DNA from: Candidatus Saccharimonadota bacterium
GTDB lineage: Bacteria; Patescibacteriota; Saccharimonadia; Saccharimonadales; AQU-01
Length of the DNA stretch: 58,318 bases
Assembly (NCBI GenBank): GCA_037137935.1
Contig: JBAXJI010000004.1
Coordinates: 1 to 58,318 of the forward strand
Reading direction: 5' to 3'
Of the stretch, positions 28,575-38,155 are shown piece by piece. The position numbers and the translations under genes were made by a program. Below the pieces are notes generated by a model. That model searched no databases and was not told the origin of the DNA. It saw only the letters and a program-made list of their open reading frames with translations. Numbering within the stretch: position 1 is the stretch's first letter; the number at the start of each line of letters is the position of its first letter.

Positions 28575-29060
28575 TTAGAGGTCTATAACAGAGACTATGC
28601 GTGAACGACTGACGACTGGGTCTATGCGTTCAATGAGGTAGAGCTTTTTTATTTCATTAATACTCCCGATAAGCGGCTTAGGATCTAGGGTAATCTCGCC
28701 TTTAAGCCTCCAAGTAACGTGTGGTAGATAGTTTTCACCTTCGTAATGTTGATCGCGTGATTCTATGTGACCAATTAGCAATCCAACTATTGTCTTGTGC
28801 AATTCTATCCATATTTCTGAATTTGTCACTTCTATATATTTATTGTCGTCATTGTCGTAGTTTTTTATATCTCCTAGGCGTAATTCACGTACACCCCTGA
28901 TTTCAGGACTACTCTGCATCAAATCAATAAGTTGCCGCTCATTAATATCAAGTAGCTTAAACTTCTTTTTAATTGTAAGGTGTGGATGTTGTGGCGGTTC
29001 AAGTACTTCATTAACAGCAAAATTTTCAATGAATGATACGAACATATATGAGTGTTCCAT
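28575..29060 (-). CDS. Putative 2H phosphoesterase superfamily protein
   Basis: Two H-x-T-x motifs at appropriate spacing (PHLTIKKKF and LPHVTWRL). Confidence 0.5.
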   Translation of the reverse strand: MEHSYMFVSFIENFAVNEVLEPPQHPHLTIKKKFKLLDINERQLIDLMQSSPEIRGVRELRLGDIKNYDNDDNKYIEVTNSEIWIELHKTIVGLLIGHIESRDQHYEGENYLPHVTWRLKGEITLDPKPLIGSINEIKKLYLIERIDPVVSRSRIVSVIDL

Positions 29061-29162
29061 TCAATAATGTTAGCACTTTTTGCGGCGAATAGATTGCACT
29101 ACCAAAAACTATTGGAGTCATCTGGCGTGATTCGAGCATATTTATAGTGCTAGAATATAGAC

Positions 29163-29426
29163 ATGGTTAAACACAAAATCGCTACTGGAGTAGTCCACGA
29201 AGTTCCGGACGACCTCTATAAAGCCTTGGTTGATGATGAGTCAGCTCTTGAAAGATGGGAAGATCTAACACCACTAGCTCGTAACGAATGGATCTGCTGG
29301 ACAATTATGACCAAAAAACCAGAAACTCGCGCCAACCATATTGATCGTACCATTACTGAACTACTAGAAGGGGTCCGACGACCATGCTGCTGGGCCGGCT
29401 GCATCCACCGCACACGGAACGCATAA
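29163..29426 (+). CDS. YdeI/OmpD-associated family protein
   Basis: LTPLARNEWICW...ETR..RI......L..G.RRPCCWAGCIHR pattern. Confidence 0.7.
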   Translation: MVKHKIATGVVHEVPDDLYKALVDDESALERWEDLTPLARNEWICWTIMTKKPETRANHIDRTITELLEGVRRPCCWAGCIHRTRNA

Positions 29427-29509
29427 TCGTAAGATTTACGAGCCTCAAAAATTTAATTTCTAATTGCCCACATAATCGCGATGTTTTGCCAGCACTATAA
29501 TAGGGTGCT

Positions 29510-30088
29510 TTACTCTAGCCAACCGAGCTTTCGAGCGCAGCCTGGCCATGGTCGCCAACCACTAACATGATACAAGTCTTCTGCGATTTGCTTTTGCTCG
29601 ATTGGGCTAGCCTTGTCAGCTGTTGGGGCAAATTTCTTGCCACCATTAGCGCGCCAAGTAGATTTATCAAACTGCAAACCGCCGTAATATCCATTACCGG
29701 TATTAATATCCCATTTACCTCTCGATTCGCACTGCGCCAACTCGTTAAGCATGCTGTCAATCTTGGGATCAACTAGCGGACGGGGGATTTCGTCCTTAAT
29801 ATTATCTAGTGCTGAAACCGCCGACATAGACTGCATAACAACATCATGACGAAAAGTCGGAGCTGGGCTGAATTGTTCGTACAAAGCACCAATCGACAAA
29901 CTACCAATTGATTTAATAAATATATCTTGCGGCTTACCCGGCAGTTCACTTATGTTTTCTACCTGATAATAGACAGTAGCCTCAACCCTTTGCTGCGTAG
30001 GCTGGGGCTCTGACTCAAACATTGGTATTGTTGCAGCCAAAGCGACGCCAATAGACGCGGCTTTAACTAGTCTTAATTTTTCTGACAT
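29510..30088 (-). CDS. Rpf-like (resuscitation-promoting factor/transglycosylase-like) secreted muralytic protein
   Basis: LAQCESRGKWDINTGNGYYGGLQFDKSTW is the Rpf domain core. ATG at 30088 with GTGAGG upstream. Confidence 0.8.
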   Translation of the reverse strand: MSEKLRLVKAASIGVALAATIPMFESEPQPTQQRVEATVYYQVENISELPGKPQDIFIKSIGSLSIGALYEQFSPAPTFRHDVVMQSMSAVSALDNIKDEIPRPLVDPKIDSMLNELAQCESRGKWDINTGNGYYGGLQFDKSTWRANGGKKFAPTADKASPIEQKQIAEDLYHVSGWRPWPGCARKLGWLE

Positions 30089-30403
30089 AGCTGGCCTCAC
30101 TTTAGTACGCACGCAAACATAGACTCGACAAAATTCGAGCGCGGCGTAATAGCGTTTTTAATAATTTCTTTTTGTCAGTGGTTTGGCTATATTAGTTTTT
30201 GACTGAAACACGGTCTAGTTCCACGCTTAGCGTCTCTGTCAAAATAGTCAAATGTTTCACCAACAAAAGTAATCTTATTTTAACATAATATTCATATTAA
30301 GCCAAAATTCATCAGGCACTAGTATGCGCCTTCACCCCAATAATCGATACTATGTCGTCATGATAGTTGATATAATAGAACTATAAGTAGTAGCGAGGGG
30401 ACG

Positions 30404-31090
30404 ATGACGGTGTTAAAAAGGATACTCAAAAAAATTCGAGCCAATAATAGACTAGATTGGCTATCATATTTGGCTATGGCCTTGAGTATCCTGCTGATTA
30501 TTTTCGGATCAGTAGGGCAGGCGGACAAGTACAAGACTACACACACTACTACAAAATTACAGGCTGTAGTCGAACATCCGACAACTAAAACAAGTGAAGC
30601 GCCGGTAGATGTAAACGACAAGTCTTATATTGTCGCTCCAGACAAACCGAGAGCGCTGATCATGCCAAGTATTGGAGTTCATGGCTTTGTTCAACAAGTA
30701 GGCGAAACAGCTGACAACGCCGTAGATGTCCCGAATAACATAAACTTAGCAGGTTGGTACAAAAACAGTGCCAAACCAGGTGACGCGGGCCTCAGCATCA
30801 TTGACGGGCATGTATCCGGTAAGTATCAGCCAGCAATTTTTAAAAATCTACAAAAACTCAAAACTAACGATATTTTTACCATAGAGTTTGGTGACGGGCG
30901 ACGCAAAGAGTTCAAAGTTGCGAGTATCGGTAACTTCACATTAAACGACGCCAACCAAGAACTATTCAAGCAAAATCCCAAAATAACTAATCAACTAAAT
31001 CTAATAACTTGTAGCGGCAAATACGACAACTCTAATCAATCTTACGACAAGCGTCTAATAGTTGTCGCGCAGCTAGTCTCCTACCTGTAG
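30404..31090 (+). CDS. Sortase family transpeptidase (class F-like)
   Basis: TM anchor, LAGWY..PGD.G..IIDGHV.., and LNLITCSGKYD (catalytic Cys context). Confidence 0.8.
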   Translation: MTVLKRILKKIRANNRLDWLSYLAMALSILLIIFGSVGQADKYKTTHTTTKLQAVVEHPTTKTSEAPVDVNDKSYIVAPDKPRALIMPSIGVHGFVQQVGETADNAVDVPNNINLAGWYKNSAKPGDAGLSIIDGHVSGKYQPAIFKNLQKLKTNDIFTIEFGDGRRKEFKVASIGNFTLNDANQELFKQNPKITNQLNLITCSGKYDNSNQSYDKRLIVVAQLVSYL

Positions 31091-31209
31091 CAGGGGATGG
31101 TGACTATGTATCAGAATCATGCTTTGATTAATTACGACTAAATTATAGTAATGCTCCACTAGAACCTAAGCCTTTAAAACTAACATTACAAAAAAGTTAA
31201 ATAAACCTA

Positions 31210-31238
31210 TTGACATAGTATACCAATGGTAGTATACT
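31210..31238 (+). promoter_or_regulatory. Consensus sigma-70 promoter with embedded direct repeat TAGTATAC x2 (possible PadR operator)
   Basis: TTGACA, 17-nt spacer, TATACT. TAGTATAC occurs at 31216-31223 and 31230-31237. Confidence 0.6.
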
Positions 31239-31250
31239 AACGGCGTACAA

Positions 31251-32165
31251 ATGAAGAAAGGTAATATGGACACAGTTAATGATATAAAGATGGGGCGAAT
31301 CAAACGATCAAGGCTACTAGCCAAGGCATCTTGGCTGACATTTAAAACAGACAAGAAACTTGTAGCAATACCGTTAATTACACTGATTATAGGGGTGCCG
31401 GCAATAATACTTTTTGGAGTATCAGCGATAATTCAGATCTCAATTAATTTAGCTGGGACAAGTAATCCTATTATTGCAAAAGTTATTTATGCGCTTTTTG
31501 CACTTTTAATTTACTTTATATTATATTTTGCTAAAAACATTGTTGAGGCTACATTATTTATAGGAATAACTGCGCGTTTTAATGGCCAAAAGCCAAGTAT
31601 CAAAGGCGCCCTAAAAGCAGTCATAGCAAAAATTTGGCCGTTGATGCAATTTAGCTTTTTAATGTCTTCAATTGGTCTAGCAGTTAAGTATCTTGGAGAC
31701 AGGCTGCCGTTTATTGGCCGTATTGGCGTGAATATTTTAGGAGGGGCCTGGGAGACAGCTAACTTTTTTGCCATTCCGGCAATAGCCAGCAGTGCTGAAA
31801 ACCTTAACCCAAAGCAGGCCACACAACAATCCATTAGTATAATTAAGCGCGTATGGGGCGAAAGCGTCCTAATAAGTTTAGGAATCACCTTAATAGAATT
31901 GCTATCAGTATCATTATTTGCTGCAATCAGCTTGGCTTTTGCCTGGACACTAAATTCTCAAAATATCTCAACTTCACCTGCATTTTATTTCGCAATTATA
32001 GGACTGATCGTGATGTCGTCGGTATTTATAGTATTAGAAGCTATCGTAAAGGCGGCAGTTTACCATTACGCTACAACTGGAGAATCACCGGTTCAATTTA
32101 ATAAAAATTTACTGCAACAAACATTTACCCAAAAAAAGTCACAAAAAATTTTTGCTGGCAATTAA
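31251..32165 (+). CDS. Hypothetical polytopic membrane protein
   Basis: Several TM segments; overlaps and is co-oriented with the downstream PadR gene. Confidence 0.6.
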   Translation: MKKGNMDTVNDIKMGRIKRSRLLAKASWLTFKTDKKLVAIPLITLIIGVPAIILFGVSAIIQISINLAGTSNPIIAKVIYALFALLIYFILYFAKNIVEATLFIGITARFNGQKPSIKGALKAVIAKIWPLMQFSFLMSSIGLAVKYLGDRLPFIGRIGVNILGGAWETANFFAIPAIASSAENLNPKQATQQSISIIKRVWGESVLISLGITLIELLSVSLFAAISLAFAWTLNSQNISTSPAFYFAIIGLIVMSSVFIVLEAIVKAAVYHYATTGESPVQFNKNLLQQTFTQKKSQKIFAGN

Positions 32166-32166
32166 T

Positions 32167-32532
32167 ATGATACTGAGTCGTTATGAACAAGTACTTCTAG
32201 CCGGATGGGAAGATACAAGCAAGAAATCGCAACTAACGCTATGGATATTGCTTGCCCTTAAAGAATCGCCAAAACACATGGGCGATATCAGGAGTTTTTT
32301 ACACACAGCAACTGATGGCTTGGTTAGCGCTGACGACAAAAGCATTTACAGAGCACTGAGAAGGTTTAACGACGCTCAGCTAGTAGATTTTGTTACCGAA
32401 AAGAACGAAAGGGGCCCTGACAAGAAAGTCTATGCTCTGAGTGAAATCGGCGAAAAAGTTTTAAATAGCTATACTGACAGAAACATCAAAGGGTTGTTTT
32501 TTTCCGCCAAGAACAAACATCTGTTTACTTAA
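32167..32532 (+). CDS. PadR-family transcriptional regulator
   Basis: ILLALKESPKHMGDI....SIYRALRRF.DAQLV......ERGPDKKVYALSEIG is a winged-helix PadR pattern. Confidence 0.75.
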   Translation: MILSRYEQVLLAGWEDTSKKSQLTLWILLALKESPKHMGDIRSFLHTATDGLVSADDKSIYRALRRFNDAQLVDFVTEKNERGPDKKVYALSEIGEKVLNSYTDRNIKGLFFSAKNKHLFT

Positions 32533-32600
32533 GATTAAAACTGACCCCGTAAGAACCACTAATGAAGCTATATACAAACTCTAGCGTCTTATACATATTG

Positions 32601-33092
32601 CTAATTAGCAGCTGAAAGCAGTTTCTTGATATCACTTGCTATCTCTGAAGGCTCAACAGCAGGGGCGTATCGCTTAACAACGACACCATTTCGATCAACT
32701 AAAAATTTCGTAAAGTTCCACTTAATCCTGCCGCCAAACAAGCCAGATTGCTGCTTCTTTAAATATTTATAGAGCGGGGCAGCTTTGACGCCGTTTACAT
32801 TAATTTTGGCAAAAGTCTCAAAAGTAACACCAAAATTTACCTGACAAAAACTAACATTCGCCTCATCACTATCGGGCGCTTGATTAGCAAATTGATTACA
32901 GGGGAAATCCAATATCTCTAGTCCGTCACTATAATAATTTTTATAAAGCTCCTGTAATCCGGCATACTGCGGCGCAAAACCACACTTCGGTGCAGTATTA
33001 ACTATCAACATAACCTTGCCTTTATACTTTTCCAAAGTGACCGTATCGCCACCTACTTGCTTAATCTTGAAATCATAAATTGTCATATTCAC
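32601..33092 (-). CDS. Glutathione peroxidase family protein
   Basis: VNTAPKCGFAPQY, LEILDFPCNQF and KWNFTKFLVDR signatures. Confidence 0.9.
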   Translation of the reverse strand: MNMTIYDFKIKQVGGDTVTLEKYKGKVMLIVNTAPKCGFAPQYAGLQELYKNYYSDGLEILDFPCNQFANQAPDSDEANVSFCQVNFGVTFETFAKINVNGVKAAPLYKYLKKQQSGLFGGRIKWNFTKFLVDRNGVVVKRYAPAVEPSEIASDIKKLLSAAN

Positions 33093-33145
33093 CCCTATAA
33101 TTAGTACCTATACATACTACCTGAATATGGGACACGTGACTACGC

Positions 33146-33835
33146 TTAAGATTTAACTATTGATGCAAATATGACGGTATTCTTGGTGTAATGTCCTGTT
33201 GCGCGGTCAAAGGACCCACCACAAGTGATAAGACGTAGGCCGGGGTGGTCTATGGCCCCATAAACCTCTTGAGTGCCAAAATTATCTTGGCTGTATTCCT
33301 GTAGAGCCTCAACAGCGAAAGTAACGATACTGCCGTCAGCTCTAGTTATGATAATTTTATCTTCTGGAAGTAACTCTTTTAAACGCCAAAAGACTGACCT
33401 TGAAGTATAAGTCACAAGATGAGCGTCTATCACTGATGGACCGATCTCACCCGGCGAGGGACCTCCAACGTACCAACCAGCCACCTCGCTAAGAACAGGT
33501 GGAGTAGCCAGGGAACCGTCAGCTAATAAGCCTACAGGAATCACATCGGTGTCGACTCCTATTTTAGGAATAAATATGCGAATGGGCTGCGAACGCGACA
33601 TGCCAATAGCGGCACTAGGTTTGGCTGGCAAATGATAGGTGGTCGCAGGTTTAAGCCTGGGAGCAGATAGAGCAAAGTAACTAAGTAGTAGTACATTGGC
33701 GATGATCAATACCGCAAATATTACAAGAATAGACAAAGATGGCCGACTAACTGCCGACCATCTACTACCAACACTTTTATTTACGATTTTAGTCGCAAAT
33801 ATTCTTTTGGTTATTGGGCGAATTTTCTTAAACAT
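33146..33835 (-). CDS. Class F sortase
   Basis: IFIPKIGVDT.V..VG...DGSL..P......AGWY..GPSPGE.GPSVIDAH and LRLITCGGSFD. Confidence 0.85.
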   Translation of the reverse strand: MFKKIRPITKRIFATKIVNKSVGSRWSAVSRPSLSILVIFAVLIIANVLLLSYFALSAPRLKPATTYHLPAKPSAAIGMSRSQPIRIFIPKIGVDTDVIPVGLLADGSLATPPVLSEVAGWYVGGPSPGEIGPSVIDAHLVTYTSRSVFWRLKELLPEDKIIITRADGSIVTFAVEALQEYSQDNFGTQEVYGAIDHPGLRLITCGGSFDRATGHYTKNTVIFASIVKS

Positions 33836-34362
33836 AAACCTAAGGCAAGGATTACGGTTGAACCAATAATACCTAATGCTTGAACATCAGAGCTATGAGC
33901 TACGCCGGCCTTTACACCACCTTTTGGGATAGTAGTAGAAGCGCGTGGATTATTTGGCGCTGGAACTACAGGAGTAGATGGAGTAACTGGTTTTACTGGA
34001 GTTACTGGTTTGTCGCAGTGTTCGTGCTTGTCTTTATCATCGTGAGATGAATCGTGGTCATCATCTTTACGAGATTCATCTTTTGAGTCGTTGTCATGTT
34101 CTTTAGTTTCGTGATTATCACTAGAATGACTCTCTTCATTCTTTTTTGAATAATGTTCGTTCTCTGAACTATCAGAATTCTTTGTATGCTCGGTCTTTGA
34201 ATGATCTGAGTCACGTGAATCTTCAGTAGAGCGTGAATGAGTAGTCTCGCTATCTTCACTTCTAGAATGAGCCATAGCTGAACTCGGCATAGCAACAGTA
34301 GTAGTCAAAACTATCGAAGCTAAAACAACAATAAAGTTCTTGATTGATTTCATGGATAACAC
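33811..34362 (-). CDS. Secreted His/Asp/Ser/Glu-rich low-complexity protein with Pro/Thr/Val linker and C-terminal membrane anchor
   Basis: Signal peptide, about 100 aa rich in H/D/S/E/K, VTPVKPVTPSTPVVP, and a C-terminal hydrophobic segment + RK. It overlaps the downstream sortase gene by 25 nt. Confidence 0.7.
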   Translation of the reverse strand: MLSMKSIKNFIVVLASIVLTTTVAMPSSAMAHSRSEDSETTHSRSTEDSRDSDHSKTEHTKNSDSSENEHYSKKNEESHSSDNHETKEHDNDSKDESRKDDDHDSSHDDKDKHEHCDKPVTPVKPVTPSTPVVPAPNNPRASTTIPKGGVKAGVAHSSDVQALGIIGSTVILALGLCLRKFAQ

Positions 34363-34498
34363 CTTGCTTTCTTTAAATAAAACTATACTAAACCATATTA
34401 TCTGTCATTATAGTTAATTTGTCAATAATGTTTTGATAAATACACGCCGACCAAACATGATTCAACCCCAATAAACGCATACATGATAAGATACAATA

Positions 34499-34909
34499 AT
34501 GAGAAAAATTGCTAAAGCACTAATAATAGATGGCGAGGGCAAGGTCCTTGTACTATATCGTAGCGACAGCCATCCCCACTTCGCCAGACACTTAGACTTT
34601 CCTGGTGGAATTGTCGAGCTCAACGAATTAGCAGCAGACGCCGTAGCACGCGAAATATACGAAGAAGCGGGCATAACAATAAAGCAGACAGATTTAAAAT
34701 TAATACACGAAGAGACCATGCCAAGTGGCAAAATTTGTATGCTGTACTCATGCACCATTAAATCAGAAAGACCAATCGTAAAGATAAGCTGGGAGCACGG
34801 ACACTCAGAATGGCTAACTACGGGTCAAATAATCAACACTCCTATGCCAGAAAAAGTAGACGATTACTTTGAAATGGTCGTCCGGTACTTACGCTCAGCA
34901 ATAGCCTAG
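34499..34909 (+). CDS. Nudix hydrolase
   Basis: Nudix box GGIVELNELAADAVAREIYEEAGI. Confidence 0.85.
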   Translation: MRKIAKALIIDGEGKVLVLYRSDSHPHFARHLDFPGGIVELNELAADAVAREIYEEAGITIKQTDLKLIHEETMPSGKICMLYSCTIKSERPIVKISWEHGHSEWLTTGQIINTPMPEKVDDYFEMVVRYLRSAIA

Positions 34910-34947
34910 CATTGACTATTAGTAGTTCTTATGCTATTATATACCTA

Positions 34948-35454
34948 ATGCACGAAGTATTGTGTCAAGAATTGAATTACAAAGAAGGCGACGAGCTACA
35001 AGCCTATCTAAAAGATTCTCCTAAATCAGACTTTTCTGGGGGGTTAGTGAATAATCCTGACGGAACAAAGTCTTTTACTTTCTTATCGCTTCATGTAAAG
35101 CCCGAGATGCGTCGTCAAGGAATCGCAAGCAAATTAGTAAGTAATCTCGCTGGCGCAGCTTTACATTACGGAGTAACTACTTTTGAAGGCCCCGTGAGCT
35201 CAGAACATACTCTCAAGATATTTGATAAACTTTTTGGCGAGGACAACATCGAATACTACGACTATGATAATGAAAATAACAGAGTCTACCTTCCTATGAC
35301 CAACTCTCAAGCAATATCATCACTAGAAAGAGCTGCTGAATTTGAATCCAGTCTAGAGTGGCGCGATCACAACATAGAAGTAGTCGTTGATCTATCAGAT
35401 CCCGCGTTAAGTCTACCAACACCAGTATTCAAAGCTCGTGCAAACAGAAAATAG
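34948..35454 (+). CDS. Putative GNAT-family acetyltransferase
   Basis: MRRQGIASKLVSNL resembles GNAT motif A (R/Q-x-x-G-x-A/G). First ATG at 34948. Confidence 0.5.
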   Translation: MHEVLCQELNYKEGDELQAYLKDSPKSDFSGGLVNNPDGTKSFTFLSLHVKPEMRRQGIASKLVSNLAGAALHYGVTTFEGPVSSEHTLKIFDKLFGEDNIEYYDYDNENNRVYLPMTNSQAISSLERAAEFESSLEWRDHNIEVVVDLSDPALSLPTPVFKARANRK

Positions 35455-35475
35455 GCCGAACAACTGGAAATAAAA

Positions 35476-35527
35476 TAACGGTCTCAATAAAGTAACAGTA
35501 ATCTGTATTACTTTAATAAGACCGTTA
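35476..35527. terminator. Long compound hairpin between convergent genes
   Basis: TAACGGTCT..AAAGTAA..TTACTTT..AGACCGTTA (9-bp outer stem and 7-bp inner stem). Confidence 0.55.
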
Positions 35528-35612
35528 CTTCCTGCAGTGCTAAGCATTAGTAACTTTTTAGGGGTCTACTAATAGGCGCCACTACTTGTACATATTGACG
35601 ATCGAAATAGGG

Positions 35613-35816
35613 TTATCCTAATTGTGTCGAAGCAATAACTGCACTAATCAAAATAAATGCGCCACCAAAACCGTAAAGAGTGAAGGCTGCAGTTCCGCCA
35701 GCAATCCAGCCAATAGCAACTATAGCTAAACCAGCCAATATTAGAAATGTTGAGCTAACAATAATTCTACCGCCTAATTCGAAAGCTTTGTTTGTTGATT
35801 TTGTTTTCTTTGCCAT
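35613..35816 (-). CDS. Small two-TM membrane protein
   Basis: 67 aa with a basic N-terminus and two hydrophobic helices. Confidence 0.5.
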   Translation of the reverse strand: MAKKTKSTNKAFELGGRIIVSSTFLILAGLAIVAIGWIAGGTAAFTLYGFGGAFILISAVIASTQLG

Positions 35817-36027
35817 TTTTTTACCCCTAATAAAATTTAATATAACGTCAGTATACTAAGCATAAGCAATATATGCAATAGCTACTTACTGGAGTGGATG
35901 TGTAGCAATGATTACAACCCAACCCCAGCAGGACATCGCTACATTAATTTACGCTCTATAGACGAGATTAGGGGCAATATCGCTAGAGCTTGAGGTGTCT
36001 AAGACCAGGTTTGCTATAATTACTCTT

Positions 36028-36915
36028 ATGGAAAATAAACCTCGACCCCGTTTTAGCGTAGTTATACCGGCATATAATGAAGCACCGTACCTGCCACAAA
36101 CTCTAGCCTCACTCAAAAAACAAAACTTTGCAGGCGAAGTTGAAATAATAGTAGTGGACAATAACAGTACAGATCTAACCGCCGACATAGCTAGAAGCCT
36201 GGGAGCGAAAGTAGTTGAAGAGAAGCGTCCCGGCGTATGTTTTGCACGACAAAAAGGCACAGAAATTGCCAGAGGCGAAATCGTAGTATCAACAGATGCC
36301 GATACTCAATTTCACGTTGACTGGCTGTCTAAAATAGATGGTATGTTCCAAAAGGAAGAGGATGCGGTGGCCGTTGTCGGATCGTGTCATTATACAGATG
36401 GTCCTATTTGGGGAACATTATATCCCTATGCTTTATTCGGTGTGATAAGCACTATCTATCGGATAACTGGCAAAACCTATTATGCTACAGCAACTAACAT
36501 TGCCTTTAAAAAGGAACATTGGATTGGATATGACACCAAGCTTACTCAAGGTGGTGATGAGGTAGATCTTATCCGTAATTTACGCAGTAAAGGCAGGGTA
36601 GTATTCGTAAACGGAAACCCTACACTCACTTCTGCTAGAAGGCTAGCTAGAGGCTTTATTTACAATTTTTTTGTCACTTTTTTAATATATTACCTTCTTG
36701 AATACAACCTAAGTCGTAGGTTCAAAAGATCGATAATTGGTACTGCGCCTCATTTCCGCAACGACTATAGTCCAAAAATACTGTCAGTCATCAATGCCAT
36801 AATAGTCACAACTCTAGCTATAGCACTAATCACACAGCAAAATGCTCGACATTATGTCGTGAGAGAAACAACTCAAGTCATTAAAAAGACAACTCAAGTC
36901 ATTGATAGGCGCTAA
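36028..36915 (+). CDS. Family 2 glycosyltransferase
   Basis: FSVVIPAYNEAPYL..IIVVDNNSTDLT..STDADT. Confidence 0.85.
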   Translation: MENKPRPRFSVVIPAYNEAPYLPQTLASLKKQNFAGEVEIIVVDNNSTDLTADIARSLGAKVVEEKRPGVCFARQKGTEIARGEIVVSTDADTQFHVDWLSKIDGMFQKEEDAVAVVGSCHYTDGPIWGTLYPYALFGVISTIYRITGKTYYATATNIAFKKEHWIGYDTKLTQGGDEVDLIRNLRSKGRVVFVNGNPTLTSARRLARGFIYNFFVTFLIYYLLEYNLSRRFKRSIIGTAPHFRNDYSPKILSVINAIIVTTLAIALITQQNARHYVVRETTQVIKKTTQVIDRR

Positions 36916-36917
36916 AT

Positions 36918-37625
36918 ATGATAACTACTGGAGCGATTCTTTTAATAATAGCTGGCCTTTACTGGATATTTATGTCGTCCTACTCTCAAATTTTTGGTAA
37001 TTTTCCATTTCGTGGCAAGACTAATGCGAAGCAGATAGCCCTTACTTTTGATGATGGGCCAAACGAACCATTCACAACTGATATACTCGATTATCTCGAT
37101 AGTAAGAATATAAAGGCTACATTTTTTCAGGTTGGCAACTGTATTAATAAGTACCCCGAGGTCACACTTCGTGCATATAAAGAGGGTCACGTCATCGCCA
37201 ACCATTCTTTATCCCATAAATTCACAAAATACTTTAGCGAACCAAGTTTTGCTAATGAAATTAGTGCTAATCAAACTATTATTAAAAATTTAATCGGCCA
37301 AACACCTGCATTATTCCGACCTCCTTGGCTATTTAGAAACCCGTTACTGCTAAGAACCGTCAAGAGGCTTGGCATGACACCAATTTCTGGAGTATTTGGG
37401 CATAATCTAGAAATATTCCAGCCATCAGCCGAAAAAATAGCCAAACAAGTCGTCAAGATAGCCAAACCTGGGTCAGTGATAATTTTTCATGATGGCTACG
37501 ACGCAAAGGGCGGCAATCGAACCGAAACAGTAAACTCAATCAAGATCATTGTTGAGGAACTATCCACTAAAGGCTATGAATTTGTGACCGTCGACAAACT
37601 TTATGGCATAAAAGCGTATCAATAA
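36918..37625 (+). CDS. Polysaccharide deacetylase (NodB homology domain)
   Basis: LTFDDGPNEP, ANHSLSH, LFRPPW, and IIFHDG motifs. Confidence 0.88.
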   Translation: MITTGAILLIIAGLYWIFMSSYSQIFGNFPFRGKTNAKQIALTFDDGPNEPFTTDILDYLDSKNIKATFFQVGNCINKYPEVTLRAYKEGHVIANHSLSHKFTKYFSEPSFANEISANQTIIKNLIGQTPALFRPPWLFRNPLLLRTVKRLGMTPISGVFGHNLEIFQPSAEKIAKQVVKIAKPGSVIIFHDGYDAKGGNRTETVNSIKIIVEELSTKGYEFVTVDKLYGIKAYQ

Positions 37626-37684
37626 TAACGATCAAACTGCTAGGATATATAGGACATTGAATAGCTAGGAAAGTGAAAGAATAT

Positions 37685-38074
37685 ATGAAGAATATTACCA
37701 AAAAATACACTATAAAAGCGCCAATCTCGTCTGTCTGGCGAGCCCTTACTGATCCGTCGGTAATACAAGAATGGAGTGGTGTGCCAGCAATCATGACTAC
37801 CCAACTCGCCAAGTTCAGTCTATGGGGCGGGGATATCCATGGCATTAATACTGAAGTAACTGAGAATGAATTATTAAAACAGGACTGGTATAGCGAGGAT
37901 TGGGCTCAACCGTCAAAAGTCACCTTTACATTAGAAGTCAAAAAGAACAATACAATACTAACTTTACTGCATGAGAGTTTCCCGGAAGCTGAAGCAAAAG
38001 ATCTAGAGCACGGCTGGGAAGAATTCTATCTAAAGCCTATTAAGCAACTTCTAGAGGACCAATTCTCCAATTAA
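37685..38074 (+). CDS. SRPBCC/AHSA1-domain protein
   Basis: ITKKYTIKAPISSVWRALTDPSVIQEW is the typical Aha1-like START-fold N-terminus. Confidence 0.75.
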   Translation: MKNITKKYTIKAPISSVWRALTDPSVIQEWSGVPAIMTTQLAKFSLWGGDIHGINTEVTENELLKQDWYSEDWAQPSKVTFTLEVKKNNTILTLLHESFPEAEAKDLEHGWEEFYLKPIKQLLEDQFSN

Positions 38075-38155
38075 GCTCAAGACAGATTATTGCGACTAAG
38101 CTAACAGATAGGCTTCTTTTATTTACTTAACTAAGATTTATGATAAAATTTAAGC

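Noticed and set aside
30089-30403. A cyclic-di-AMP (ydaO-type) riboswitch in the long leader of the Rpf-like gene, as is known for rpf genes in Actinobacteria. One GGGGTGAA motif is present on the minus strand.
   Set aside because: Only one short motif matches. The ACCCG/CCGA pseudo-two-fold elements are absent, and the region is mostly A+T-rich and shared with the divergent sortase promoter. An Rfam scan would settle it.
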